Part shown: positions 38,250 to 48,627 of the stretch, in pieces | Layout of the letters: every line of letters begins with the position of its first letter | How positions within the stretch are numbered: position 1 is the first letter of the stretch | Source: Burkholderiales bacterium | Lineage (GTDB): Bacteria; Pseudomonadota; Gammaproteobacteria; Burkholderiales; Eutrophovitaceae | Assembly (NCBI GenBank): GCA_035651315.1 | Contig: DASRFY010000063.1 | Span: forward strand, 1,009-65,008 | DNA: 64,000 nt | Direction of reading: 5' to 3' | Position numbers and translations under genes: made by a program | The notes under the pieces: model-generated | What the model was told of the DNA's origin: nothing | What the model saw: only the letters and a program-made list of their open reading frames with translations | The model's database searches: none

Positions 38250-38495
38250 ATGCAGATCTTGCCGCACGATGTCGATCACGAGTTCCCGGAGTTCCGGCCG
38301 CTGATTCACGAGCTGAAGAGCCGCGATGAACGCCTCGCGGAACTCATCGAAGAATACGAGCGGGTGAACGCGGCGATCGTAGACATCGAGGAAAACGACA
38401 AGCCTTTTCAGGACTTTGAGTTTGAGGCGATGAAAAAAATGCGCCTCAAACTGAAGGACGAAATCTACCTCATCCTGCGCAACCACCACCACTAG
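38250..38495 (+). CDS. YdcH/DUF465 family protein
   Basis: 81 aa with a 'FRPLIHELK..D..L.ELIEEY' coiled-coil pattern. RBS GGAGGTGAG. Confidence 0.8.
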   Translation: MQILPHDVDHEFPEFRPLIHELKSRDERLAELIEEYERVNAAIVDIEENDKPFQDFEFEAMKKMRLKLKDEIYLILRNHHH

Positions 38496-38783
38496 GCGCA
38501 GCGGTTTTCTGATTTCCTGATTGCGCCGACGCTCCCGGCGTCGGTGCGCGGCGGCGCGCAATTCTATTTCGCGCTGCCTTCCTCGCTACGGCGGATCGGG
38601 CGCGAGCGCACGCCGAGCGATGGCGTCGCCGCCCGGCAGCCGGCGCTCACCGCGGGAGCGGCAGCCGAGCCCACTTGTCCATGTCTTGTCGCCTCAGAGA
38701 GAGGCGCGATCTCGCGCGCCGCGCCGCCAGCAAACCTGCGAGCGGGCTCTCCCCCGATTGCAAGTTCGCGATGGCGGGATCGA

Positions 38784-39701
38784 TCAGCGCGGGACCTCGC
38801 CGAGAATCGTGCAGCGGCGGATGACGCGACGCTGCGTGGCGGGGTCGTAGGGCGTCGCGCGGTGCAGGACGCAGCGGTTGTCCCAGACGATCAGCTCGCC
38901 CGGGCGCCAATGGTGCTCGTAGCTGAGGTCGGGATGGATGATCAGCGCGTTCAGTTCCTCGATCAGCGCGCGGCCCTCGTCGTAGTCCATGCCGACCACG
39001 TATTCGGCGTGATCGCCGAGGAAGATGCACCTGCGTCCGGTCTCGGGGTGGGTGCGCACGATGGGATGATCCACCGGCGGCACCGCGTTGCGCTGCGCCT
39101 CGGTCATCGGCTGCTCGCCGTGACGCCGATTGCGCGAGAAGTCCAGGTTGTGCACCGCGCGCAGATTCGCGACGCGCTTTTTCCAAGCCGGGCTCAGGCG
39201 TTCGTAGGCGCCGTACATGTCGCAGAAATGCGTCTCGCCGCCCGACTCCGGCACGATCTCGGAATAGATGATCGTGGCCTGGCCGGTGACGCGCTGCCAG
39301 GAGCCGTCGGTATGCCAGGCGAGCGTGCCCTTGTCCGGGTGATGGCCGGTGGGGTTGCCGTTCTCGTCGAGGTTGGACAGACGATAGAGCTCGGGATAGC
39401 CGTCGGCGTGGTACTGGTTCATCACGTGGATCTGCACTTCGCCGAAGCGGCGGGCGAATTCGACCTGTCTGCCCGGCGGCAGGTCCTGGGCGCCGAACAG
39501 CAGCACCTGGTGGCGCAGGAACGCCTGGTAGATCGCGCGGAACAAGGCATCGTCCACGCCACGGGCGAGATCGACGCCGGCGATTTCGGCGCCGAGATGC
39601 GGGCCGAGCGGCCTGACGTCGAACGGAAAGCGGGTCGGCGCGGCGTCCGGCGCAGCCGGTTTCAAGCGCCGATCGGAATGCGAAGTTCGGTTTTCGTTCA
39701 T
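38784..39701 (-). CDS. TauD/TfdA family Fe(II)/2-oxoglutarate dioxygenase
   Basis: 'WHTDGSW', 'HRATPYD' and 'R.IRR' motifs. 305 aa. Confidence 0.9.
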   Translation of the reverse strand: MNENRTSHSDRRLKPAAPDAAPTRFPFDVRPLGPHLGAEIAGVDLARGVDDALFRAIYQAFLRHQVLLFGAQDLPPGRQVEFARRFGEVQIHVMNQYHADGYPELYRLSNLDENGNPTGHHPDKGTLAWHTDGSWQRVTGQATIIYSEIVPESGGETHFCDMYGAYERLSPAWKKRVANLRAVHNLDFSRNRRHGEQPMTEAQRNAVPPVDHPIVRTHPETGRRCIFLGDHAEYVVGMDYDEGRALIEELNALIIHPDLSYEHHWRPGELIVWDNRCVLHRATPYDPATQRRVIRRCTILGEVPR

Positions 39702-39843
39702 GCCTGTGGCTCGTATTGTATTTTCCGGTCGACGGCCGCCGCAAGGCGGTGTCGCATTTTGCGCGCCTGCGCGGCATCCCGGATGCCGAGCGCAGGCGAC
39801 CCTGCATTCGCTATCGGGGATCTCCTGCGGCGGGGCATGGCAC

Positions 39844-40158
39844 TCACCCCTCGGGATCCGGTATCTCGAGCGAGAGGATCGCGGAGGCGAGGCACTTGCC
39901 GTGCGCGTCGAGCGCGAGCGAGCGCGTCACGCCGCCGGAGAGCGCGCCGCGCAGGACGAAGTTGAGGGCGCCGATTTCGGGCAGCGTATAGCGCACCACC
40001 TCGCCGCGAGCGAAGTCCGCGAAATGCGCCTTGACGCGCTCGGCGCCGAGGTGGCGCTCGAGCAGCGGAAAGTCTTCCGCACGATAGGCGATCACCGAGA
40101 TGTTGGACGTGTCGCCCTTGTCGCCGGTCCGCGAGTGGGCGATCTCGCGCAGTTTCAT
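39844..40158 (-). CDS. AtuA-associated small subunit-like protein
   Basis: 104 aa with 'AHSRTGDKGDTSNISVIA'. Starts 1 nt after the DUF1446 gene stop. Confidence 0.7.
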   Translation of the reverse strand: MKLREIAHSRTGDKGDTSNISVIAYRAEDFPLLERHLGAERVKAHFADFARGEVVRYTLPEIGALNFVLRGALSGGVTRSLALDAHGKCLASAILSLEIPDPEG

Positions 40159-40159
40159 G

Positions 40160-41497
40160 TCAGCTCTCCAGGAAATTCACCGCCGTCTTCACCAGTTCGC
40201 GCGGCAGCAGCACCGAGCCCATCGCCACGATCTCCTTTGCCGACTTGGCGACGCCGCCGCCGCATGCCGGGCCGTTGGTGTAGAGCGCCTCGACTTCGTT
40301 GCCGATGCGGATCGCGTTCCTCAGGTCGTCGGTGCGCGCCGCCACCCGCACGCGCACCTCGTAGGGCTCGAAGCCGGCGGAAAGCCGCGGGCCATGGATC
40401 GCATCCACGCCGATCAGCTCGCAGCGGATCTCGCGGAACTTCACGCCGGTCAGCGCCAGCCGCTCGCGCACGATCTCGATCGCGAGCCGTCCGCGCTGCA
40501 CCGCGCCGTCGCCTGCGTAGGAGATCTGGCCCTCGCCGATCCAGCCGTCGAGATAGCCGACCGAGGCCTTGAGCGTGGGCGGCCGCGGGCTGCCCGCGCC
40601 GCCCTCGACGCGCACCCGGTCGGGACCGATTTCCGTAATGCGCACGCGTGTGAAATCCGCCGTCACATCCGGCTGCAGGTAGCGCGCCGGATCGTCGATC
40701 TCGTACAGCAACTGTTCCTTGCAGGTGGCCGCGCTCACCCTGCCCCCCGAACCGGCGACCTTGGTGATGACCGCGCCGCCTTCGCTGTCCACTTCCGCGA
40801 TCGGGAAGCCGAGACGCGCGAGGCCGGCGACGTCCTTGTATCCCGGGTCGGCGAAGTAGCCGCCGGTGATCTGGCCGGCGCACTCCAGGAGGTGTCCCAC
40901 GACAGTGCCGCGGCCGAGCCGCGCCCAGTCGTCCATCGCCCAGCCGAACTCGTGCACCAGCGGCGCGAGGAACAGCGCGGGATCGGCCACCCGCCCGGTG
41001 ATGACCACTTGCGCGCCGCCGGCGAGCGCCTCGACCAGCGGCTGCGCGCCGAGATACGCGTTCGCGGAGACAAGCCTGCCGGCGAGCGCGGAGACCGGTT
41101 CGCCGGTGTCGATCAGCGCGCAGTTCGCGCGCTGCACCGCCTCGAGCACGTCGTCGCCGCTCACCGCCGCGATGCGCAGCCCGCGCAGGCCGAGCGAACG
41201 CGCGATCTCGCGCACCTTCTCCGCCGCCGCGAACGGATTCGCCGCGCCCATGTTGGTGACGATGCGCACGCCCCGCTCGACGCAGGGCCGCAGCACCGCT
41301 TCCATGCGCTCGGCGAGCAGCGGATCGTAGCCGAGGGCGGGGTTCTGGCGCCGCGCCTGCTGCGCGATGGCGATGGTGCGCTCGGCGAGACACTCGAACA
41401 CCAGGTAGCCGATGTCAGCCTTCTGCGCCAGCTCCAGCGCGGGCTCGATGCGATCGCCGGAGTAACCCGCGCCGCCGCCCAGCCTTACCGTCTTCAT
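40160..41497 (-). CDS. acyclic terpene utilisation AtuA family protein (DUF1446)
   Basis: 'VRLGGGAGYSGDRIEPALELA' N-terminus. 445 aa. Confidence 0.85.
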   Translation of the reverse strand: MKTVRLGGGAGYSGDRIEPALELAQKADIGYLVFECLAERTIAIAQQARRQNPALGYDPLLAERMEAVLRPCVERGVRIVTNMGAANPFAAAEKVREIARSLGLRGLRIAAVSGDDVLEAVQRANCALIDTGEPVSALAGRLVSANAYLGAQPLVEALAGGAQVVITGRVADPALFLAPLVHEFGWAMDDWARLGRGTVVGHLLECAGQITGGYFADPGYKDVAGLARLGFPIAEVDSEGGAVITKVAGSGGRVSAATCKEQLLYEIDDPARYLQPDVTADFTRVRITEIGPDRVRVEGGAGSPRPPTLKASVGYLDGWIGEGQISYAGDGAVQRGRLAIEIVRERLALTGVKFREIRCELIGVDAIHGPRLSAGFEPYEVRVRVAARTDDLRNAIRIGNEVEALYTNGPACGGGVAKSAKEIVAMGSVLLPRELVKTAVNFLES

Positions 41498-41510
41498 GTT
41501 CCGTGAGCCG

Positions 41511-42431
41511 TCATGCGTGCGAGTACATCGCCTTTCCCGGCACGTCCAGCTCCGCCCTGAGAATCGTGCCGCTCTCCGACTCGGTGATGTAGAGCGTCTT
41601 GCGGTCCGGCCAGCCGAAGGCGACGTTGGTGGTGTGCGTGCCCATGCACGACCTGATGCGGTACACCGGCTCGCCGATGCGGTCGAACACCCATACCGAG
41701 CCCATCGCCACGTGCGCGATCGCGAGCCTGCCCTCGTCGTCGAGCGCCAGACCGTCGGGACCGCCGCCGCCGGAGAGCTGGATGAACATTCCCACCTTGG
41801 CGACGCCTCCGCCGCGGGTGAACGGCACGCGCCAGATGCAGTTGCCGCGCGTCACCGCCACGTAGAGCGCGGTCTCGTCCTTGTTCATCACCAGGCCGTT
41901 CGGACTCGGCACGTTGTCGAGCAGGCAGCTCACTTCGCCGTTCGGTCGCACGCGGAACACCCGGCCGGTCGGATCGTGCAGGCCGGTCAATCCCTGGTCG
42001 GTGAAGTAGAGGTCGCCATTGGAGGCGAAGAACAGGTCGTTCACCGCCTTGAAGCGCTCGAGATTCGCGCGCACGAGATACGGCGTCACCTTGCCGTTGA
42101 CCGGGTCGAGCAGCATGATCCCATTCTTGTAGTCGGCGACGAAGATGCGGCCGTCCTTGTGGATCTTGAGCCCGTTCGGCCAGCCGTCGTACTCTGCGAC
42201 GATGTGGAAGCTGCCTTCGCGCGAAACCCGGTAGATCCGGCCCGTCACGATGTCCACGCAATAGAAGTTGCCGTCCCTGTCGAAGGAGGGGCCCTCGAGC
42301 AGCGACCGCGCCGGCGTGCCGAGCGGCTGGCCGTCCGCCCATTCGTTCTTCTGCCCGGGCTTCAATTTCAACTCATCGGGCAGGCGGGCGAAGACCGTGG
42401 TCTCGATAGTCCTGGGCGGAGCGAACAGCAT
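41511..42431 (-). CDS. SMP-30/gluconolactonase/LRE family protein
   Basis: Six-bladed propeller repeats, 'EGPSFDRDGNFY' and 'PDGLALDDEGRL'. Confidence 0.85.
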   Translation of the reverse strand: MLFAPPRTIETTVFARLPDELKLKPGQKNEWADGQPLGTPARSLLEGPSFDRDGNFYCVDIVTGRIYRVSREGSFHIVAEYDGWPNGLKIHKDGRIFVADYKNGIMLLDPVNGKVTPYLVRANLERFKAVNDLFFASNGDLYFTDQGLTGLHDPTGRVFRVRPNGEVSCLLDNVPSPNGLVMNKDETALYVAVTRGNCIWRVPFTRGGGVAKVGMFIQLSGGGGPDGLALDDEGRLAIAHVAMGSVWVFDRIGEPVYRIRSCMGTHTTNVAFGWPDRKTLYITESESGTILRAELDVPGKAMYSHA

Positions 42432-42444
42432 GGCGCTTCTTTCC

Positions 42445-43740
42445 TCAGACGGCCTGCGAGTGCGACGCCGGGCGCGAATCGACGGGAATTTCGATCGGCG
42501 TCCGCGTCATGGTAAGCGAGATCGTCGCGCCCGCGATCAGCAGCAGCCCCGCGATGCCGAACGCCCAGTCGTAGCTGCCGGTGCCGGCGATGACGTAGCC
42601 GGTGACGATCGGGGCGACGATGCCGAACGCGTTTCCGCCCACGATCAGGATGCTCATCGCCTTGCCGCTGTCCTGCGGATTGCGCAGCAGGTCGTTCACA
42701 AGCGCGAAGTTGAGCGAGATCGCGGTGGCCATCCCGGTCAGCGACAGCGTGAACAGCGCGAGGATCAGCCGGATGTCCTCGACGAAGGGGGTGAGCATGA
42801 TGACCGCCGAGCCGAGCAGCATCGCCACCACCATGTTGCGGCGGCGACCGGTGCTGACGCCTTCTTTGCTGAGCAGCCGGTCGCTGAAGCGGCCGAGCGC
42901 GATGCCGAGCAGGATCGCCGCGGCGTACGGCACCGCGGTGAATGCGCCGGTCTTCAGGATCGTCAGATTGCGCGTCGACTGCAGATAGCTGGGCAGCCAG
43001 GTGAGGAACAGGTACTGCGTATAGACCGCGCAGCCTTCCGACAGCGCGAGGCCCCACATCGAGCGCGTGCGCAGCAGGTCGAAGACGCGCGAAGCCCCCG
43101 TCTTCTGCTCCAGGGCCCGCGTTTCCGCGCTGCGCTCGCGCAGGATTCTGGCGCGCTCTTCCCCGCCCAGCCAGGAGGCGCGCTCCGGCTGGTCGAACCA
43201 GACCAGCCAGGCGAGGAGCCAGAGCCCGCCCGCCGCGCCGACGACGAGGAACGAGCCGCGCCATCCGATCATGCTGACGATGGAGGCGACGAGGAGCGCG
43301 CCGATCGCCGGTCCCGCCTGCGTCCCGCCCAGGAAGACCGCGTTGGTCACGCCGCGTTCGCCGGCGGGAATCCATTCGCGCACCACGCGCCCGCCCGCGG
43401 GAAACGTCGTCGACTCTCCGACTCCCATCGCGAGCCTGGTGGCGACCAGCGAGGCGTAGCTCCAGGCGCCGCCGGTCGCCATCGTCGCCAGCGACCACAG
43501 CGCGATTCCGGCCGCGTTGACGATCTTCGTGCCCAGCCGGTCGACCAGGATGCCCATCGGGATGAGGCAGACCAGGTAGGTCCACAGGAATGACGAGAAC
43601 AGATAACCCATTTGCACCGGCGACAGGCCGAACTCCGCGGCCACCGGCTTGGCGGCGACCGACAGCGCCACGCGATCGACGTAATTGATCATCGCCAGCG
43701 TGAACAGAAACACGCTGATCCAGGCGCGGCGACAGGCCAT
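42445..43740 (-). CDS. MFS transporter (ACS family)
   Basis: 12 TM, 'YVDRVALSVA' and 'LVDRLGTK' motifs. RBS GGGAGGA. Confidence 0.9.
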   Translation of the reverse strand: MACRRAWISVFLFTLAMINYVDRVALSVAAKPVAAEFGLSPVQMGYLFSSFLWTYLVCLIPMGILVDRLGTKIVNAAGIALWSLATMATGGAWSYASLVATRLAMGVGESTTFPAGGRVVREWIPAGERGVTNAVFLGGTQAGPAIGALLVASIVSMIGWRGSFLVVGAAGGLWLLAWLVWFDQPERASWLGGEERARILRERSAETRALEQKTGASRVFDLLRTRSMWGLALSEGCAVYTQYLFLTWLPSYLQSTRNLTILKTGAFTAVPYAAAILLGIALGRFSDRLLSKEGVSTGRRRNMVVAMLLGSAVIMLTPFVEDIRLILALFTLSLTGMATAISLNFALVNDLLRNPQDSGKAMSILIVGGNAFGIVAPIVTGYVIAGTGSYDWAFGIAGLLLIAGATISLTMTRTPIEIPVDSRPASHSQAV

Positions 43741-43964
43741 CGGCGTCCTCCCGTGACGGCGAGCGGATTGTGTTTTTGCATCCCGCGAAACATTCGGCGC
43801 GCGGGACTCGCCGTCCGCTCAGGCGCTGCATCGTTTCACGGCGCGGTCGCGCGCGTCAAGACGAGCGAGCCGGTCGAAGAGGAAAGAAGCCGCGGGCGAG
43901 GTCTTGAGAAGACGGCGCGGGTGGCCTAACCTCTGTCGCCTTCACATTTTCATGGGAGGCGGCG

Positions 43965-44840
43965 ATGAACGACGTCAACCGGCTTCTCGGCGCCGAGCTG
44001 CGCAGCCTGGCGCCGAAAACGGACTGGACGCGGCGCGAATTCTTCGTCTCCGCGCTCGCGAGCGGCTTCGCGCTGGCGGTGCAGCCGGTCAGCGCGCAGA
44101 CGATCGTCACCGACGCCCGGGGCCTTACCGCGGGAGAGGTGAAGGTCCCGGTGAAGGACGGCGAGATCCCCGCCTATCGCGCGATGCCGGCGGAGGGCAG
44201 GAATTTCCCGCTCGTGCTGGTGGTGCAGGAAATCTTCGGCGTGCACGAGCACATCCGCGACATCTGCCGGCGGCTCGCCAAGCTGGGATACATGGCGGTC
44301 GCGCCGGAGCTGTACACGCGCGAGGGCGACGTCTCGAAGCTCAGCGACATGAAGGAGATCTTCGCCGTCGTCGAAAAGGTTCCCGACGCGCAGGTGATGA
44401 GCGATCTCGATGCGGCGGTCGGTTGGGCGCGGCACAACGGCGCGCACCCCGCGAAGCTCGGCGTTACCGGATTCTGCTGGGGTGGGCGCATCGTCTGGCT
44501 GTACTGCGCGCACAATCCGTCGGTCGCCGCCGGCGTGGCTTGGTACGGACGGCTGGTCGGTCAGCCGAGCGAGCTGCGCCCGACTTACCCGATCGACGTC
44601 GCGCCGACGTTGAAAGTTCCGGTGCTCGGGCTGTACGGCGGCGCCGACGCCGGCATTCCCGTCGAGAGCGTCGAGCAGATGCGCGCTGCGCTGAAGAAAG
44701 CGGGCAACGCGTCGGAGATCGTCGTCTATCCGGACACACCGCACGCCTTCTTCGCCGATTACCGGCCGAGCTATCGCAAGGAGCAGGCGCAGGACGGCTG
44801 GAAGAGGCTGCAGGCGTGGTTCAGGAAGTACGAACTCTAG
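43965..44840 (+). CDS. dienelactone hydrolase family protein with Tat-type signal
   Basis: '[17 protein letters not shown]' twin-arginine signal, 'VVQEIFGV' and 'GFCWGG' nucleophile elbow. Confidence 0.85.
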   Translation: MNDVNRLLGAELRSLAPKTDWTRREFFVSALASGFALAVQPVSAQTIVTDARGLTAGEVKVPVKDGEIPAYRAMPAEGRNFPLVLVVQEIFGVHEHIRDICRRLAKLGYMAVAPELYTREGDVSKLSDMKEIFAVVEKVPDAQVMSDLDAAVGWARHNGAHPAKLGVTGFCWGGRIVWLYCAHNPSVAAGVAWYGRLVGQPSELRPTYPIDVAPTLKVPVLGLYGGADAGIPVESVEQMRAALKKAGNASEIVVYPDTPHAFFADYRPSYRKEQAQDGWKRLQAWFRKYEL

Positions 44841-45061
44841 GAAAATCTCCGCGAAAGTCCCGACGCCACGCCGTGAGGTCATCCGCGGCGCAGGCTTGCA
44901 TGCGGCGCGCAACCGTCGCCGGCGCACGATCCGGAACGCCGCTCAGATCGGGTGACGCTCGCCGAAAACTGTTTTGCACACTGTCCGGGCCATCGGCTAC
45001 CATCTGACGCACCCGGTACGGCCGGCGGGCGAACCGTGCACGGCCGATTGCGAGAACATCC

Positions 45062-45910
45062 ATGCATGAAACCAGAGAGACCCTGCTCGTGCGGCTGGAA
45101 TCGGAAGCCCGCCGCATCCGGCGCAACGTATGGCGCGCGCTTCGCGCCGGCGGAGGGGGGCACGCCGGCGGCTCCTGCTCCGCGGCCGACATCCTGGCCG
45201 CGCTCTACTTCCATCGCTTGCGCATACGCCCAAGCGAGCCGGACTGGCCGGAGCGCGACCGGTTCGTGCTGTCCAAGGGCCACGCGAACGCCGCGCTCGG
45301 CGCGGTGCTGGCGCAGGCGGGCTTCATCGACGACGAGGTCCTCGACCGTTTCTACGCCTTCGAGTCGCCGTTCGGCATGCACCCCGACATCAAGGTGCCC
45401 GGCGTGGAGATGTGCACCGGAGCGCTCGGCCACGGGCTCGCGGTGGCGATGGGCATGGCGCTCGGCGCGCGCATCCAGAAGCAGGATTTCCACACCTTCG
45501 TCATGCTGGGCGACGGGGAACTGCACGAAGGCTCCAACTGGGAAGCGGCCATGGCCGCGGCCCATTATCGACTGGCCAATCTCACCGCCATCGTCGACTT
45601 CAACAAGATCTCGCAGAGCGGCCGGGTGGCCGAGATCGTCGGCATCGATCCGCTCCCCGACAAGTGGCGCGCCTTCGGCTGGGAGGTGCGCGAGATCGAC
45701 GGCCACGACATGGCGCAAGTCGTCGACGCGCTCGACTCGCTGCCCCTCGATCCAGATCGGCCCACCGCGATCCTTGCACACACGGTGAAAGGCAAGGGCG
45801 TGAGCTTCGCGGAGAACACCTACGTCTGGCACAGCAATTCGGTGAACGACGAGGTCTACGCCCGCGCGCTCGGAGAACTGGCCGAACCCCACGAACGGGA
45901 GGCGCCATGA
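45062..45910 (+). CDS. transketolase, N-terminal subunit
   Basis: 'GGHAGGSCSAADILAALYF', 'SKGHA' and 'GDGELHEGSNWEA' ThDP motif. Confidence 0.9.
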   Translation: MHETRETLLVRLESEARRIRRNVWRALRAGGGGHAGGSCSAADILAALYFHRLRIRPSEPDWPERDRFVLSKGHANAALGAVLAQAGFIDDEVLDRFYAFESPFGMHPDIKVPGVEMCTGALGHGLAVAMGMALGARIQKQDFHTFVMLGDGELHEGSNWEAAMAAAHYRLANLTAIVDFNKISQSGRVAEIVGIDPLPDKWRAFGWEVREIDGHDMAQVVDALDSLPLDPDRPTAILAHTVKGKGVSFAENTYVWHSNSVNDEVYARALGELAEPHEREAP

Positions 45911-46878
45911 ACAGCGCCGTCCCGGCCGCCTCAGACTGGCGCGCCCGGTCGGCGAATCAGACGCGACTCGCCTTCGGCCAGGCCTTGCTGGAGATCGGCG
46001 CGCGGGAGCCGCGCGCGGTGGTGGTGTCCGCCGACACCCAGGATCTGCTCGGCATCCGTACTTTCATCGAGCGTCATCGCGAACGTTTCATCGAGGTGGG
46101 CATCGCCGAGCAGAACGCGATCGGCGCCGCCGCCGGGCTCGCGACCACCGGGCTGCATCCCTACGTGTGCGCCTACGCGCCGTTCATCACCGCGCGCAGC
46201 ATGGAGCAGGTGCGAAACGACGTCGCCTACGCGAACCAGCGCGTGGTGATCGGCGCCGCCGCAAGCGGCATCTCGCTGGGCGTGGCCGGCGGCACGCATC
46301 ACGCGCTGGAAGATCTCGCGTTGATGCGCAGCCTGCCGAACATGACCGTGATCGTCCCCGCCGACGTGGACGAGGCCTACAAGGCGACGCTGGCGACGCT
46401 CGACATCGACGGGCCGGTGTACCTGCGCCTCGGCGGCCGCACCGAGGAGCCGTCTGTCAGCGATCCCGAAGCGCCGTTTCGTCTCGGCCGGGCGGTGCAG
46501 TTGCGGCCGGGGAACGACGTCGCGGTCATCGCCTGCGGCGCGCTGGTCGAAATGGCGCTGCGGGCGTCGGATGCGTTGAAGCGGGAAGGCATCGACGCCC
46601 GCGTGCTCAACATGCACACGATCAAGCCATTCGATCGCGACGCGGTGCTCGCCGCCGCGGCGGAAACCCGCGGCATCGTCACCGCGGAGGAACACCATCT
46701 CACGGGCGGCCTGGGCGGGGCGGTGGCGGAACTGCTCGCCGTCGAACGGCCGACGCGCATGCGCATGGTCGGCATGCCCGATACCTTCGCCATGGTGGGG
46801 CCCACGGGGCCGCTGCGCGCGAAGTACGGCATGAGCGCGGAGGCGATCATGGACGCGTGCCGCGCGCTTCTGCGCTAG
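45907..46878 (+). CDS. transketolase, C-terminal subunit
   Basis: ATGA overlap with the N-subunit stop. 'FIEVGIAEQNAIGAAAGLA' pyrimidine-binding domain. Confidence 0.9.
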   Translation: MNSAVPAASDWRARSANQTRLAFGQALLEIGAREPRAVVVSADTQDLLGIRTFIERHRERFIEVGIAEQNAIGAAAGLATTGLHPYVCAYAPFITARSMEQVRNDVAYANQRVVIGAAASGISLGVAGGTHHALEDLALMRSLPNMTVIVPADVDEAYKATLATLDIDGPVYLRLGGRTEEPSVSDPEAPFRLGRAVQLRPGNDVAVIACGALVEMALRASDALKREGIDARVLNMHTIKPFDRDAVLAAAAETRGIVTAEEHHLTGGLGGAVAELLAVERPTRMRMVGMPDTFAMVGPTGPLRAKYGMSAEAIMDACRALLR

Positions 46879-46926
46879 CCCGTCGCCGCGTTCCACGTCG
46901 TGCGTCGTCCTTTCCCGGCGCGGGTC

Positions 46927-47898
46927 CTATTCGCGCGCTGTCGGCGCGTTCGCGCTTCGAAGCGCAAGCTCCCAGGTCTGTCCGACGAGATCGCGCCCGA
47001 AGCTGTGATGCGGTTCCTCGGCGAGGAGCCGGAAGCCCGCTTCCTCGTAGATCCGGCGCGCCGCGCGCAGAACGCTGTTGGTCCACAACGTGACTTTTCG
47101 ATAGCCCGCGTGCCGCGCAAAGCGAATGCACTCGTCGACCAGGCGGGTGCCGATGCCGAGTCCGCGCGCCGAGGGCTCGACCAGAAGCAGGCGCAGCTTG
47201 GCAACGGTGGCCGAGTGCGCCACCAGGAAGACGCAGCCGACGTTTTCGTGATTGCGCTCGGCGATCCAGCAGCGCTCGCGCGACGGGTCGTGGCTGCGCA
47301 GGAAACGCCCGGCGATGTCGGCCACGAATCCCTCGAAGGTTTCGTCCCAGCCATACTCCTGCGCGTACAGCACGCCGTGGCGCTGCACGACCCAGCCGAT
47401 GTCGCCGGGTCGATGCGGCCTGAGCAAGTACGAGCGGTCGCCTTCCGGCCGGTTCTCGAGCACTGCCTCGATGGCCTGCATCGCGCCGAGCAGCCGGTGC
47501 TGCTCGCCGGCGGAGCGATCGGCGAGGAGTGAAGCGATCTGCTCGCGCGCTTCCCGGTCTAGCGAAGCGAAGGCGCGCCGGCCCCTGGCCGTGAGCGAAA
47601 AGTGACTCCGGCGGGCGTCGTTCGGGGAGGGCGCGCGGGTGATAAGGCCGCGGCGCTCGAATGCGCCGAGAATCCGGCTCAGGTAACCGGCGTCGAGGTC
47701 CAGTTCCCGCCGCAATTCGCCGGCGGAGGGCGCGGCCCGGTGTGCCAGCTCGTAGAGAACGCGCGCCTCGGTGAGCGAGAACGCGCTGTCTAGCAGCCGT
47801 GGCCGGAGGACGCCGATGCGCTGGGTATAGAAGCGATTGAAGCGGCGGATGGCCTCGATGCGCTCATCGGCCCGGCCGGCGCCGCGCGTTGTCGACAT
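46927..47898 (-). CDS. MarR-type HTH fused to GNAT N-acetyltransferase
   Basis: The N-terminal wHTH has 'LTEARVLYEL'. The C-terminal GNAT has 'LLVEPSARGLGIGTRLV'. Confidence 0.85.
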   Translation of the reverse strand: MSTTRGAGRADERIEAIRRFNRFYTQRIGVLRPRLLDSAFSLTEARVLYELAHRAAPSAGELRRELDLDAGYLSRILGAFERRGLITRAPSPNDARRSHFSLTARGRRAFASLDREAREQIASLLADRSAGEQHRLLGAMQAIEAVLENRPEGDRSYLLRPHRPGDIGWVVQRHGVLYAQEYGWDETFEGFVADIAGRFLRSHDPSRERCWIAERNHENVGCVFLVAHSATVAKLRLLLVEPSARGLGIGTRLVDECIRFARHAGYRKVTLWTNSVLRAARRIYEEAGFRLLAEEPHHSFGRDLVGQTWELALRSANAPTARE

Positions 47899-47919
47899 GC
47901 TGACAGCGTCCAACAACTT

Positions 47920-47934
47920 CTTGACGCAGTCAAG
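47920..47934. promoter_or_regulatory. perfect 6-3-6 palindrome CTTGAC-GCA-GTCAAG, candidate MarR autoregulatory operator
   Basis: Lies 22 nt upstream of the MarR-GNAT start codon, in the divergent promoter region shared with the NIPSNAP gene. Confidence 0.4.
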
Positions 47935-48167
47935 TACCCGGAAAGGATCCCGGTTCCGGCCGGATCCCCCATCGGACGACGCAGGCAATTCGCCGGCCGG
48001 GACGGGTCGCATCCAGCCCGCGCTTGCTTGGGAAGCGTCGATGCCTCTGCATGGCGGACCGGGGTCCATTGCCCCGCTTCCGCATTCGGATGCAAAAATG
48101 CGACTAAACTCGCAAACCCGCAGCCGGCCGTTGCCTGCTGGGCAAGCGTTTTCTTCAGGAGGAAGAC

Positions 48168-48491
48168 ATGTTGTTCGACGTTCGCACCTACACCTGCCGT
48201 CCCGGAACGATCAGGAAGCACCTCGCGCTGTACGAGAAAATGGGCAAGGGGCCGCAGACCCGCCATCTCGGCCAGCCCTTCGCCTACCTCGTGACCGAGA
48301 CCGGCAACGTCAACCAGTACATCCACATCTGGGCGTACGAAAACGCCGCGGATCGCGAACGACGCCGCGCCGCCATGATGGCCGACCCGGAGTGGCTGGC
48401 CTTTCTCGAGGAGAGCGCCAAGCTCGGCGCGCTGGAGCATCAGCAGAACGCGCTGATGACGCCGGTGTCCTTCTTTCCGATCAAGCGCTGA
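48168..48491 (+). CDS. NIPSNAP family protein
   Basis: 107 aa, 'MLFDVRTYT..PG' and 'N.YIHIWAYE' pattern. RBS CAGGAGGAAG. Confidence 0.85.
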   Translation: MLFDVRTYTCRPGTIRKHLALYEKMGKGPQTRHLGQPFAYLVTETGNVNQYIHIWAYENAADRERRRAAMMADPEWLAFLEESAKLGALEHQQNALMTPVSFFPIKR

Positions 48492-48504
48492 CGCGGCTCA
48501 CGTC

Positions 48505-48537
48505 AAAAAAAACGGGCACCGATCGGTGCCCGATTTC
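48505..48537. terminator. bidirectional intrinsic terminator
   Basis: A8-CGGGCACC-GATC-GGTGCCCG-ATTT between the convergent NIPSNAP and OsmC genes. Confidence 0.6.
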
Positions 48538-48627
48538 CTGCCGGGGAGGAAGACACGCCTTCGGCGGTCATCGAGCGACCCCCGAAGACGCGGAGTGAAT
48601 CAGGTCAGGGATCGAGGCGTCCGTGCG

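Noticed and set aside
45062-46878. The split transketolase, considered as an unusual feature.
   Set aside because: Two-subunit transketolases with overlapping ATGA junctions are a well-known arrangement. Both halves are intact.
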